A DNA stretch of 45,006 nucleotides from Opitutales bacterium. Lineage in GTDB: Bacteria > Verrucomicrobiota > Verrucomicrobiia > Opitutales > Seribacteraceae. The notes beneath the pieces were generated by a model. The model was not told where the DNA came from. It saw only the letters and a program-made list of their open reading frames with translations, and searched no databases. Below, in pieces: positions 11,137-20,165 of the stretch; the first letter of the stretch is position 1; the number at the start of each line of letters is the position of its first letter. The stretch covers positions 1 to 45,006 of the forward strand of contig JAYQBI010000001.1 of the NCBI GenBank assembly GCA_038137235.1, written 5' to 3'. Made by a program: the position numbers and the translations under genes.

Positions 11137-12081
11137 TTAAGCGGCGTGACGGTTGTAGTTTGGATTACGATCAAAAAATCGCTTAATGGCTGGCTCGACT
11201 AACCGCCGGCATAATTTGTCAAAATCATATCCGGAACATGATGCACTCTTGGGCAGAAGGCTTGTGGCGGTCATACCGGGAAGAGTATTAATTTCAAGAA
11301 AATGAGGATGTCCGTCCTCACAGATCATAAAATCTATACGGGCAAAGTCCCGGCACCGGCATGCCCGGTATGCACTTCTCGCAAACTCCTTTAATTCCCT
11401 TTCGACTTCATCGTCAATAACTGCAGGGAAACGGTATTCCGTGGAACCTGCTTCGTACTTTCTTTTATAGTCATAAACTCCTCCAACGGGAATTACTTCA
11501 ACGATTCCCATCGCATGATTATCGAGCATTCCGATCGTTACCTCCCGCCCAATCACCCGTTTTTCGAGCATCCATTCCCCGGGCTCAATTTCTGACAGCG
11601 TTTTCTTTAAATCTTCAAATCCACAAATAATACGCAAGGATACGCTACTTCCCTGATTGACCGGCTTTAAAACAGTCTCTCTTCCGAGTAGATCAATTAT
11701 TTTACTTGGGTCACATTCCTTTGGGTCAGAAAAGGTTATGCTGGGAGATACTCGGACACCCACTTTTTCCACAGTTTCCTTGGCCAAAGCCTTATCCATA
11801 CATAATTGACTGGAAACTTTATCACTACCCGCATATTCAATACCGCTATCCTCCAAAAGTGCTTGCAATCTACCATCCTCACCAAAGGTTCCATGAATTA
11901 CAGGAAATACAATTTCACTCGTGGACTTTAATCCCTCTGGCAATCGGTCATCTGACAAATCGATCAGCCTCGTTGAAAAAGTTTGGGAGAGGGACTCGTA
12001 AAGGGCATCCCCAGAAGCACGAGAAACATCGCGTTCTGGTCCTGTCCCTCCGCACAATATGATTAAATCAGGTACATTCAT
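11137..12081 (-). CDS. ddl: D-alanine--D-alanine ligase
   Basis: GGTGPERDVS, HGTFGEDG, YDYKRKY, EINTLPGMT; start moved to ATG 12081. Confidence 0.95.
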   Translation of the reverse strand: MNVPDLIILCGGTGPERDVSRASGDALYESLSQTFSTRLIDLSDDRLPEGLKSTSEIVFPVIHGTFGEDGRLQALLEDSGIEYAGSDKVSSQLCMDKALAKETVEKVGVRVSPSITFSDPKECDPSKIIDLLGRETVLKPVNQGSSVSLRIICGFEDLKKTLSEIEPGEWMLEKRVIGREVTIGMLDNHAMGIVEVIPVGGVYDYKRKYEAGSTEYRFPAVIDDEVERELKEFARSAYRACRCRDFARIDFMICEDGHPHFLEINTLPGMTATSLLPKSASCSGYDFDKLCRRLVEPAIKRFFDRNPNYNRHAA

Positions 12082-12092
12082 TGAGATTTTTT

Positions 12093-14300
12093 TTATGAAA
12101 GGTATTGCTCCCATGATTGGCCGAGAAGATTGACTTCAGGCTCAAGCATAAGACCGTGAGAATGTTTTACGCGTTCGCGAACTTTGAGAATTAAATTGAT
12201 TACCTCAGTTGCTGTGGCATCTCCCCGGTTAAGAATAAAGTTAGCATGTAAATCGGAGACTGCTGCACCCCCAATCCTTTCACCCTTCATTCCACTTTGA
12301 TCAATTAACCAGCCTGCTGAATATTTATCGGTATTTCTGAACACACAACCGGAACTTGCTTCACGTGGCTGGGAATTTCTGCGTGCCTGTGCCAGTGAAT
12401 CAATCACTTTTCGAATTTCCTGATGTTTTGCCCTGCCCTCTGCCTTTAGCTTAGCTCGCAAGGCAATCCCTTCATAGGCTTCTTTGCAATAACGATAGCC
12501 AACTTCCAGCTCATTTCCAGGAATCTCCACAATTTTTCCGTCCGGTAGCAGGAAACTTACCCACTCGACGAGGTCGAATGTCTCCCACCCCATGGCCCCG
12601 GCGTTCATTCTTAATGCCCCACCCAATGTGCCAGGGATGCCCTCAAGAAACTCAAAACCTTTTAATCCCTTTTTACATGAATACTTGCAGATATCTTTTA
12701 ATTTCGCACCTGCACCGACTACCAGTGAATTTTCACATCTTTGCTCGATCGAGCTCCAAAATTTCCCACGAAGCTTTAAAACTAATCCGCCGAATCCATC
12801 ATCTGGAACAATTAAATTTGAGCCTCGACCCATCATTGCCCTTGGTAATTCAAATAATTTGCAAGCCTCCACCAAGGAACGTAAATCCTCAGTATTTGCT
12901 GGTTCAGCATACCATCTGGTATTGCCTCCCACTCCCATGGTAGTCATGGAACCCAGGGGATAATGCTGGGATAGCAGCGTTCCCGCCGAAAGCCTATTTT
13001 CAAGAAAAATTCCAAAGGCTGAGCATTTATCCCCTTGGGAATGCTCCCACGCCGAAAATGCATGGGCCCAGCGATCAATGTCCCCTGCTCCTACAAAAAG
13101 TAGCTGATCATTGACCCCTTCATTCGCATTTCGGGTTAATGAGCGCCGTAAATCTCCAAATTCATGGTAAATTCTGGTGCACTCTCTTAACCGCGGGGGC
13201 AAATAGCCGGTTAATGCCTCGACCGTGCCTCGTTCATCGTATGATTCAAAAGCGGAATATGTTGGAAGCAGCAAGATTTGATCTGCACAGGCAAATTCCT
13301 CAGCAAATCCTTGAGCCAACGACTGAGTTCGTGAATAGCGGTGTGGCTGAAATATTAATTTCATCGACTTGGCAGGCTCCAACTTTCTCCGCAGATCTAA
13401 GAAGGAACGAATCTCTGTGGGGTGATGAGCGTAATCCTCCACAACACAACGCTTCCCGTCATCAAAAAGGATAGATTGCCTTCTTTCCATTCCCGGGAAT
13501 TCATTAAAATCCAAGCCAGTACAAGTTATATTCAATTGCTCAATTAATGATTTTACTGCTTTTTCATTTGATTCGCTGAACTGGTGCGGTTTTTTCACCC
13601 CCCCGTAAAAAACCGAATGTCTTCCCTTTACTTTTTGCACCATTGAAACAAGCGGTTCCACATCTGGACAGATGACTGCTTGTTTGGTTCGTTGAAATAA
13701 TGATTTGAGGGTTTCTAAGAAAGAATCACGACTTTCGTATCTGTCCACATGATCCCAGTCGCAGTTCAAGGCAACAGTGATCGCCGGGGAAAATCGGTCG
13801 ATAGTGCCATCACTTTCGTCAACTTCCAAAAGAACCCATGGAGAATTTTCAAACTTCCCAGATGGGATACCCGTGTCTCTAAATTGGGCTCCGACAAGAT
13901 AAGAAATGGGAAAATTTAAACGATTAAGTGCCCATGCAATCCGGCCGGCCACACTTGTCTTACCATGACTTCCCACCACTGCAATAATCTTCTTGCGAGA
14001 AAAAAGTTCTGCTAAAAAATCACCTCTTTTATAAACTGGGACCCCTGACTCTTCCCATGCAGTTACAATCGGTTCGTTACCTGGAATTGCACTGGATCGA
14101 ATCACGCAATCGGGTTTCAAATGAGGCTCTGGTTCATGCAATATCCTGACCCCTGACTCCTCCAGCTTTGTACGAAGTGGTTCCCGGAATTGATGATCAA
14201 ATGCTTCCACCCTAACTCCTGCTCCTCGGAGATAAAGTGCAAGCGGGGCCATTCCCATTCCTCCAGCACCCAGGAGAAGAACTTTCCTGGGTCTTTTCAT
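12093..14300 (-). CDS. murC-murB: Fused MurC (N-terminal) - MurB (C-terminal)
   Basis: MurC motifs GAGGMGM, GSHGKTS, EVDESDG, DYAHHPTEI, FQPHRYSRT; MurB motifs GRGSNL, GIPGTLGGALRMNAGA, SSGCVFRN, HANFI, LEPEV. Confidence 0.95.
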   Translation of the reverse strand: MKRPRKVLLLGAGGMGMAPLALYLRGAGVRVEAFDHQFREPLRTKLEESGVRILHEPEPHLKPDCVIRSSAIPGNEPIVTAWEESGVPVYKRGDFLAELFSRKKIIAVVGSHGKTSVAGRIAWALNRLNFPISYLVGAQFRDTGIPSGKFENSPWVLLEVDESDGTIDRFSPAITVALNCDWDHVDRYESRDSFLETLKSLFQRTKQAVICPDVEPLVSMVQKVKGRHSVFYGGVKKPHQFSESNEKAVKSLIEQLNITCTGLDFNEFPGMERRQSILFDDGKRCVVEDYAHHPTEIRSFLDLRRKLEPAKSMKLIFQPHRYSRTQSLAQGFAEEFACADQILLLPTYSAFESYDERGTVEALTGYLPPRLRECTRIYHEFGDLRRSLTRNANEGVNDQLLFVGAGDIDRWAHAFSAWEHSQGDKCSAFGIFLENRLSAGTLLSQHYPLGSMTTMGVGGNTRWYAEPANTEDLRSLVEACKLFELPRAMMGRGSNLIVPDDGFGGLVLKLRGKFWSSIEQRCENSLVVGAGAKLKDICKYSCKKGLKGFEFLEGIPGTLGGALRMNAGAMGWETFDLVEWVSFLLPDGKIVEIPGNELEVGYRYCKEAYEGIALRAKLKAEGRAKHQEIRKVIDSLAQARRNSQPREASSGCVFRNTDKYSAGWLIDQSGMKGERIGGAAVSDLHANFILNRGDATATEVINLILKVRERVKHSHGLMLEPEVNLLGQSWEQYLS

Positions 14301-15433
14301 GCAAACACCTCCCCAAAACCTCGATGATTGGATGTAGCATTAGCAGTGGTGATGGATTGAAGAATTTCCTGGGCAAAGCGTAAGCTAACATCGCCCGGAT
14401 CCATGGAAAATAAGTTCCTCCTTATCAGCCCACGAAAATCTTCGTTGAACATTAATTCCCTGACTTCTCCAAGTAGCTTTTCCGCAATCAGTGACTGCGG
14501 GCAAACCACCCCTCCTCCTTTGCTTTCAATAAAAGATGCGTTATAAGTTTGATGATCATCCGCGGCATAAGGATAGGGGATCATAATTACCGGAACACGG
14601 CATTTTACAATTTCTGCCAAAGAGCCTGCTCCCGCACGACTGATGACTAAGTTTGCGGAGGATAACAAAACTTCCATCTGATCTGTAAAAGGAACGAACC
14701 GGCTCGTTATGGTATTCCCAGAATTATCAGGAAGCTGAACGACCCCAGAGCTTTGCTTGTTCATTCCAGTCACGCAATAAACGGAGATTCCATCCATCGC
14801 CAAATTTTCCAAATTTTCTTTAACCCAGTCATTCAGAGCAATTGCCCCCTGACTGCCTCCTAGTACAACCAATAATTTATCGCCCATGGGAATACCAAGC
14901 CTGCGACGGGCTCTTTCCATAGGCATACGCTTAAAATCCTGCCGAAGAGGAAAGCCTAAATGAAAGGTTTTTTCATAGGAAACTCCATGCACATGAACAC
15001 CTTCCGGCAAGTACACCCTGTCCGCTCTTCTCGCGAGAAATTTAACTGCCTTACCGACTTTTCTATTGGACTCGTGCAAATAAACTGGAATTCCCATGGT
15101 ACGAGCGGCAAGTGCCGGCCCGAGAGTTGAAAATCCACCAAAACCGAGAAACAGGTCAGCACTTACATTTTGGTAAATTTTTCTAGCCTTCAAAAACGAC
15201 AGGCAGAGCTCTTTTAAAAATTTAATTAGGCCCCAAAATGACATCGAAAATGGGGCACCCGGAATCGGTTCAAAGTTTAACTTTGAATACTTCGATGACA
15301 GCCTGGAATCTACCTGCTTACGACTGATCAAAAGCCAACTCGCACAACCTTTTTGCTCCAATGCCTGTGCTAAAGCAATTCCCGGGGTCAAATGACCACC
15401 TGTTCCCCCACAGCCAATTACAATATTTTTCAT
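14297..15433 (-). CDS. murG: Lipid II GlcNAc transferase MurG
   Basis: GGTGGHLTPG, GFGGF, HESN, GGSQGA, SRAGAGSLAE, HQTYNA. Confidence 0.97.
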   Translation of the reverse strand: MKNIVIGCGGTGGHLTPGIALAQALEQKGCASWLLISRKQVDSRLSSKYSKLNFEPIPGAPFSMSFWGLIKFLKELCLSFLKARKIYQNVSADLFLGFGGFSTLGPALAARTMGIPVYLHESNRKVGKAVKFLARRADRVYLPEGVHVHGVSYEKTFHLGFPLRQDFKRMPMERARRRLGIPMGDKLLVVLGGSQGAIALNDWVKENLENLAMDGISVYCVTGMNKQSSGVVQLPDNSGNTITSRFVPFTDQMEVLLSSANLVISRAGAGSLAEIVKCRVPVIMIPYPYAADDHQTYNASFIESKGGGVVCPQSLIAEKLLGEVRELMFNEDFRGLIRRNLFSMDPGDVSLRFAQEILQSITTANATSNHRGFGEVFA

Positions 15434-16566
15434 AATTCTCGCGGTTGTATGGGGGCAGGTTTGTCGATCCTCCGCAATACATTGATCACCAAACCAATAA
15501 GAATAAATACAACAACCAGGTTGGAACCTCCATAACTAATAAATGGAAGCGACATTCCTTTTGTAGGCAATGATCCAGTCACCACTCCAATGTTGATGAT
15601 TGCCTGCAAGGTAATAAATAGCAGTGCCCCCATGCCCAATAAATAATCATACATCCGGGATACTCTCCTCAACTTCCAACCGGTCAGACAAAAAATCGTT
15701 AGGAAACAAATTAGGACACTCATCGTGGCAATTATGCCAAGTTCTTCCCCAATGACTGGAAAAATAAAATCTGTGTGTGCCTCTGGTAAAAAGTGCATCT
15801 GTTGCCTGCCCATTCCAAGCCCGACTCCATCCATACCACCCACTCCAAATGCAAGCATACCTTGCCACAATTGGTATGAACTATCATTGGCATTTGCCTC
15901 AACATCAAGGAATGATGTAACCCGGCGGATTCTTACCGGATCCAAATAAACGAGGACTGAAAATGCTAAAACTGCTAATCCTCCCACAGGGGTTAACCAC
16001 TTCAAACTTGCACCTGCCTGAAACATCAAAGTTGCCCCTACTGCACCGCACAAAAAACTAGTTCCGAAATCAGGCTGTAAGAGTATTAGGCCGCAAACAA
16101 GTCCCAACCAGGCCGAAGGTATGGCAAATCCATGCAGGAATTCTCCCACTGTACGCTGACGAAATGCAAAATAATAGGCACATCCAAGAACCAAACCAAT
16201 CTTTGCAAATTCAGAAGGTTGAATCCTGAGGGGACCGAGCCCGATCCATCGTTGTGCACCGTTTACTTTAACACCAATACCTGGTAACAGCGTGAGCAAC
16301 AGCGCAAAAAGACAAAGTCCAAAAATAAGTGGAGTTCTTCTTTTCAACCATTCCAAATCAATCCAAGCCGCAACCAATGCTGCGATAGTTGCCAGCACTA
16401 GCCAAATTGCCTGCTTGGTGAGGAGGTCCTGGGCACCACGAACGGCTCCTGCACTGAAAAGCATTACCATCCCAAGCATGGTCATGCACAAAGCTGCCAC
16501 CACCAAAAAAGTGCTGACTAGCCCGGAATTGCGAAAGAAATGCTGTTCTATCGCAGCCTTATCCAC
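15430..16566 (-). CDS. ftsW: SEDS peptidoglycan polymerase FtsW
   Basis: NGAQRWI, QPSEFAK, QPDFGT, LPEAHTDFIF, PTKGMSLPFISYGGS. Confidence 0.96.
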   Translation of the reverse strand: MDKAAIEQHFFRNSGLVSTFLVVAALCMTMLGMVMLFSAGAVRGAQDLLTKQAIWLVLATIAALVAAWIDLEWLKRRTPLIFGLCLFALLLTLLPGIGVKVNGAQRWIGLGPLRIQPSEFAKIGLVLGCAYYFAFRQRTVGEFLHGFAIPSAWLGLVCGLILLQPDFGTSFLCGAVGATLMFQAGASLKWLTPVGGLAVLAFSVLVYLDPVRIRRVTSFLDVEANANDSSYQLWQGMLAFGVGGMDGVGLGMGRQQMHFLPEAHTDFIFPVIGEELGIIATMSVLICFLTIFCLTGWKLRRVSRMYDYLLGMGALLFITLQAIINIGVVTGSLPTKGMSLPFISYGGSNLVVVFILIGLVINVLRRIDKPAPIQPREL

Positions 16567-16614
16567 CCTGTTAAACCCACACCCATTTTAATCATTTATC
16601 CCACTATCCTCCAA

Positions 16615-17682
16615 TTATGGTTGATTGTTTACATCAATGATCGGCCGTTCAATCGTCGGACTATCATTGAAAAAATCCTGGAGTGATCCACCATCATCTT
16701 CGGGAATCACCTCAGTTGAAGACTGAGCTTCCGGCACAATAATACCTCCTGTTGAATTTGCCTGAGATACAATCAAGGATTGACCCGCCCGAATCAAACC
16801 AGGATTAGACAATCCATTCCATTGCATTATCTGAGCAACGCTCACTCCATAAATAGAGGCAATTCGTGAAAGATTCTCTCCTTTCTGGACTGAATGCGTA
16901 GTTGCTCCAGCAGGTACAACTGGAGAAGTAACCGTGGATTCTGGGGTAGCTACAAATTCGCCTTCTGTAGGTATTGTTAAGGTTTGCCCAGGGCGAATCA
17001 CGGAGGATAGGGACAATCCGTTTGCCTGCAAAAGAGCAGATAACTTGATTCCATGTTTTCTAGCGATCCGGGAAAGCGTGTCCCCAGTTTCGATAGTGTA
17101 GCTGTCTCCAGATACGAGACCAGTCGATGGAACTGAGGAAACTGCACTCTCTACTGGGGATGTGACAAACCCATTTGTCGCAGGAATCATAACTTCCTGT
17201 CCAATGGACAATCTTCCGTTTTTATCCATATTTGGATTTGCTTGCAAAAGGTTAGAAAGGGAAATTCCGTTTTTTCTGGCAATGCCCCAGAGTGTGTCAC
17301 CTTTTTGAATTTTATAAACTGCCAAGTCTTTTGGTTTCAGGTCCATGGGGGCAGGAGTTTCATTGCCAGGCACTATTAAGGCAGGAGCTGGTTCAATAAT
17401 GGCCGTGGATCTCTGAGGAACAATAAGCTCACCTGGAGCAGGTCTGCTGGGAGCTGCAAATTCATTTGCCGGAATACCACCTGGCTTTCGTAAAGGTGCT
17501 GAATTGTCCTCACTGGGTAACGCCTGATTGAATGATTGGTCAGGACTGATGGATGAATTTGATTCCGGTTTTTCAGAACCTTGTCGTACGCCAGCTGTTT
17601 GGCAACTCGGCTGAAACATTACAAGTAGAATAACCCCAACATGCAGGGAAAGTACGATGCTAAAGACTTTTGTTATTTTCAT
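16615..17682 (-). CDS. Membrane-anchored protein with three LysM domains
   Basis: N-terminal hydrophobic anchor; YKIQKGDTLWGIA, YTIETGDTLSRIA and HSVQKGENLSRIA repeats with Pro/Ser linkers. Confidence 0.92.
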   Translation of the reverse strand: MKITKVFSIVLSLHVGVILLVMFQPSCQTAGVRQGSEKPESNSSISPDQSFNQALPSEDNSAPLRKPGGIPANEFAAPSRPAPGELIVPQRSTAIIEPAPALIVPGNETPAPMDLKPKDLAVYKIQKGDTLWGIARKNGISLSNLLQANPNMDKNGRLSIGQEVMIPATNGFVTSPVESAVSSVPSTGLVSGDSYTIETGDTLSRIARKHGIKLSALLQANGLSLSSVIRPGQTLTIPTEGEFVATPESTVTSPVVPAGATTHSVQKGENLSRIASIYGVSVAQIMQWNGLSNPGLIRAGQSLIVSQANSTGGIIVPEAQSSTEVIPEDDGGSLQDFFNDSPTIERPIIDVNNQP

Positions 17683-17685
17683 GAT

Positions 17686-19011
17686 TTATCTTCCTGTCGG
17701 TAGTGCGAACGGTTTAAATATTAATGAGGTATCTTCTTCCCTCCCTTTCTTCAAATCCAAAACTATATCTTCGAAGTGTTTTCCTCTTTCTTGATAATTT
17801 TTGTATTGGTCAAAACTGGAAAAGCCAGGACTGAAAAGAATATCTATTGGAGAAGTGGCAAAACGGATTGCACTTGTCACTGCGTCCTTAAGATCTTCGC
17901 ACAACACGCTCCACAAACCGTGATTTTTCAACGCACTATGTAATGCCGGTCCAGTCTCACCAAATAGAAATGCCTTTTTTATGTAAGGTTTCAATAAGCC
18001 TGCAAACCCTTCCAAGTCTTCACCCTTGCTCTTTCCTCCCCCAATCCAAAAGAGTTTATCGGTAAAATTTTTACATGCAGCTAGAACAGCGGAATGATTG
18101 GTTGCCTTTGAATCATTCCAAAAAGTAATGTCCTTAATTTTAGACTTAATCACCTGTAATCGGTGGGGCTGGCCATGGTAATTTTCGACAATCTTGTAAA
18201 AGTCATTTTGGTTTAGACCTCTTTGTGTAAACCATGATTCAACCAGTGCTAAGTTTTCCAATTGCGGTGCATTCGACAGAAAGTGATTAGTCGGTAAAGA
18301 AACTTGCTCCTTAGAAAACTTGCCGATGATTTTTACTGATTCAGGAAAAATAAAGCCGTGTTTCTTACCATAATGATGCACTGATTCCCCCACCATGCAT
18401 TTTTCAAATTTATTGAATTCTAGTAATCGGTATTTTGCCCTGAAGTATTCGTTTAGATTACCGTGATAATCCAAATGATCTGGAGCAAAATTTGTCCATA
18501 TGACTTCAGTGGGTTTAAAGTATTTCAAATTTCTTGCCTGAAAAGAACTTGTTTCAAGAAAGATAGTTGTTTCTTGGTGTAATCCTTCTGCGATTAGCTC
18601 TGTGATTGGAGTACCTATATTTCCCGCAATTACAGATTTCATTCCCAGTGCTTGGCAAACATGGTGCATCAGCGTTGTTACACTTGTTTTTCCATTCGTC
18701 CCAGTAATGGCTACAACCTTCTGCCCGTCCAGAAATAATGCTCCAAACTCAAGCTCACCAAGAATTTCCTTTCCTTCCTTTTCTGCAAGTTTGTACCAAG
18801 GATGCTGAGGATAAAAACCTGGACTTGTCACAACCATCGAACAGTTGCGGGCATCCGCCATTTCAAATGCCCGCCCCTGCTCATCGAATATTTGATATTC
18901 CCATTCCATACGATCGAGAAGATTTTTAACTCCCTGACCGCTTAGACCCGCGCCAAAAATAGCAACCGGTGCCGGTTGCAATTTTTTAAATTTTTTTAGA
19001 ACCTCTCTCAC
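17686..19011 (-). CDS. murD: UDP-MurNAc-L-Ala--D-Glu ligase
   Basis: GAGLSG, SPGF, ITGTNGKTS, ETSSFQ, DHLDYH, NDSKATN, FSPGFSSFDQY..RG. Confidence 0.96.
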   Translation of the reverse strand: MREVLKKFKKLQPAPVAIFGAGLSGQGVKNLLDRMEWEYQIFDEQGRAFEMADARNCSMVVTSPGFYPQHPWYKLAEKEGKEILGELEFGALFLDGQKVVAITGTNGKTSVTTLMHHVCQALGMKSVIAGNIGTPITELIAEGLHQETTIFLETSSFQARNLKYFKPTEVIWTNFAPDHLDYHGNLNEYFRAKYRLLEFNKFEKCMVGESVHHYGKKHGFIFPESVKIIGKFSKEQVSLPTNHFLSNAPQLENLALVESWFTQRGLNQNDFYKIVENYHGQPHRLQVIKSKIKDITFWNDSKATNHSAVLAACKNFTDKLFWIGGGKSKGEDLEGFAGLLKPYIKKAFLFGETGPALHSALKNHGLWSVLCEDLKDAVTSAIRFATSPIDILFSPGFSSFDQYKNYQERGKHFEDIVLDLKKGREEDTSLIFKPFALPTGR

Positions 19012-20165
19012 CTTATCTTATTTTCAAGGTAGCCAAGCCAATCAAGGCGAACAGAAGCGAAAGAATCCAAAAGCGGATCACCACTTTGGTCTCTTTCCAT
19101 CCCTTTAGCTCGAAATGGTGATGAATAGGAGACATCCGAAAAATTCTTTTTCCCGTGGTTTTGAACGAGGCAACCTGCAGGATAACCGACCCTGCCTCCA
19201 TTACAAATATTCCCCCCACAATGATTAAAGTAAGTGGTTGATGAATCATTAATGCAATTACTCCCACCAGGCCGCCAATTGCCAGTGAACCCGTATCCCC
19301 CATAAACACTTCGGCAGGATGTGCGTTGTACCACAGAAAAGCGAGACTTCCGCCCAGCAAGGATGCACAAACGATTGCCAGTTCCCCTGTTCCAGGCACA
19401 AAGCTCACTTTTAAATAGTCTGCGATAATGAAATTTCCGGCTGCATATGCCATAATTCCGTATGTTAGTGCGACTGTGACCGTACATCCTATCGCAAGCC
19501 CATCCAATCCATCCGTTAAATTCAAGGCATTGCTTGATCCACAAAGCGTAAGGAAAAAAAATGGAATTAATAATGCCACGGGTAAAATTGGTGGTCCTGC
19601 TTGCTGAGGATAACTGTAAAAGGGAACCCAAAGTTCTCTCATCTTGTTTGTACTTTCCAGCACTCCACTTGCAGTACCATTCAAGCAAGTACTCCATGGT
19701 CCAAGAAGTAATCCAAGCACACACATTGTCGTTAACAACTGCCCCAAAAGTTTTAATTTTCCCGGTAATCCTTTGCTGTTGCTTTTGGAGACTTTTAAAT
19801 AGTCGTCCGCAAAACCCACCACAGTCAGGAGAGTGTAAGCAAGAATTGCCGCAAGCACATAAACATTCGGTTCTGCCCAAAGTAATGCACTTATAGTTAC
19901 TGAGAGGTAGATTAAAACACCTCCCATCGTCGGTGTCTTTGCTTTGAATTCGTGTAAATCTGCCAATTCTCCGACTTCTTCTTTTTCCCTGAACGCCTGC
20001 CTCGCCCCTATTGCCCTTAATGCTGCGATTATTTTGGGACCGGCAAGGAAGCCAATGAATAAAGCGGTGATACCTGCACCCACTGACCTTACTGAAATGA
20101 ATTGAAACAATCGGAAAGGACCAAACCATTCCTCCCAAAACTGAAGATAACTCAGCATTTTGCAT
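19008..20165 (-). other. Same-strand alternative-frame ORF covering the whole of mraY (coding status unknown)
   Basis: Stop-free from 20204 to 19011; ATG at 20165; its TGA overlaps the murD GTG start (GTGA). Confidence 0.25.
19013..20158 (-). CDS. mraY: Phospho-MurNAc-pentapeptide transferase
   Basis: KAKTPTMGG, GFADDY, NALNLTDGLDGLA, VFMGDTGS, PIHHHFE. Confidence 0.98.
   Translation of the reverse strand: MLSYLQFWEEWFGPFRLFQFISVRSVGAGITALFIGFLAGPKIIAALRAIGARQAFREKEEVGELADLHEFKAKTPTMGGVLIYLSVTISALLWAEPNVYVLAAILAYTLLTVVGFADDYLKVSKSNSKGLPGKLKLLGQLLTTMCVLGLLLGPWSTCLNGTASGVLESTNKMRELWVPFYSYPQQAGPPILPVALLIPFFFLTLCGSSNALNLTDGLDGLAIGCTVTVALTYGIMAYAAGNFIIADYLKVSFVPGTGELAIVCASLLGGSLAFLWYNAHPAEVFMGDTGSLAIGGLVGVIALMIHQPLTLIIVGGIFVMEAGSVILQVASFKTTGKRIFRMSPIHHHFELKGWKETKVVIRFWILSLLFALIGLATLKIR

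Noticed and set aside
19013-20158. Frameshift or assembly error as the explanation for the long ORF over mraY
   Set aside because: MraY is intact with all motifs in one frame, and the alternative frame shows no Mur or Mra motifs
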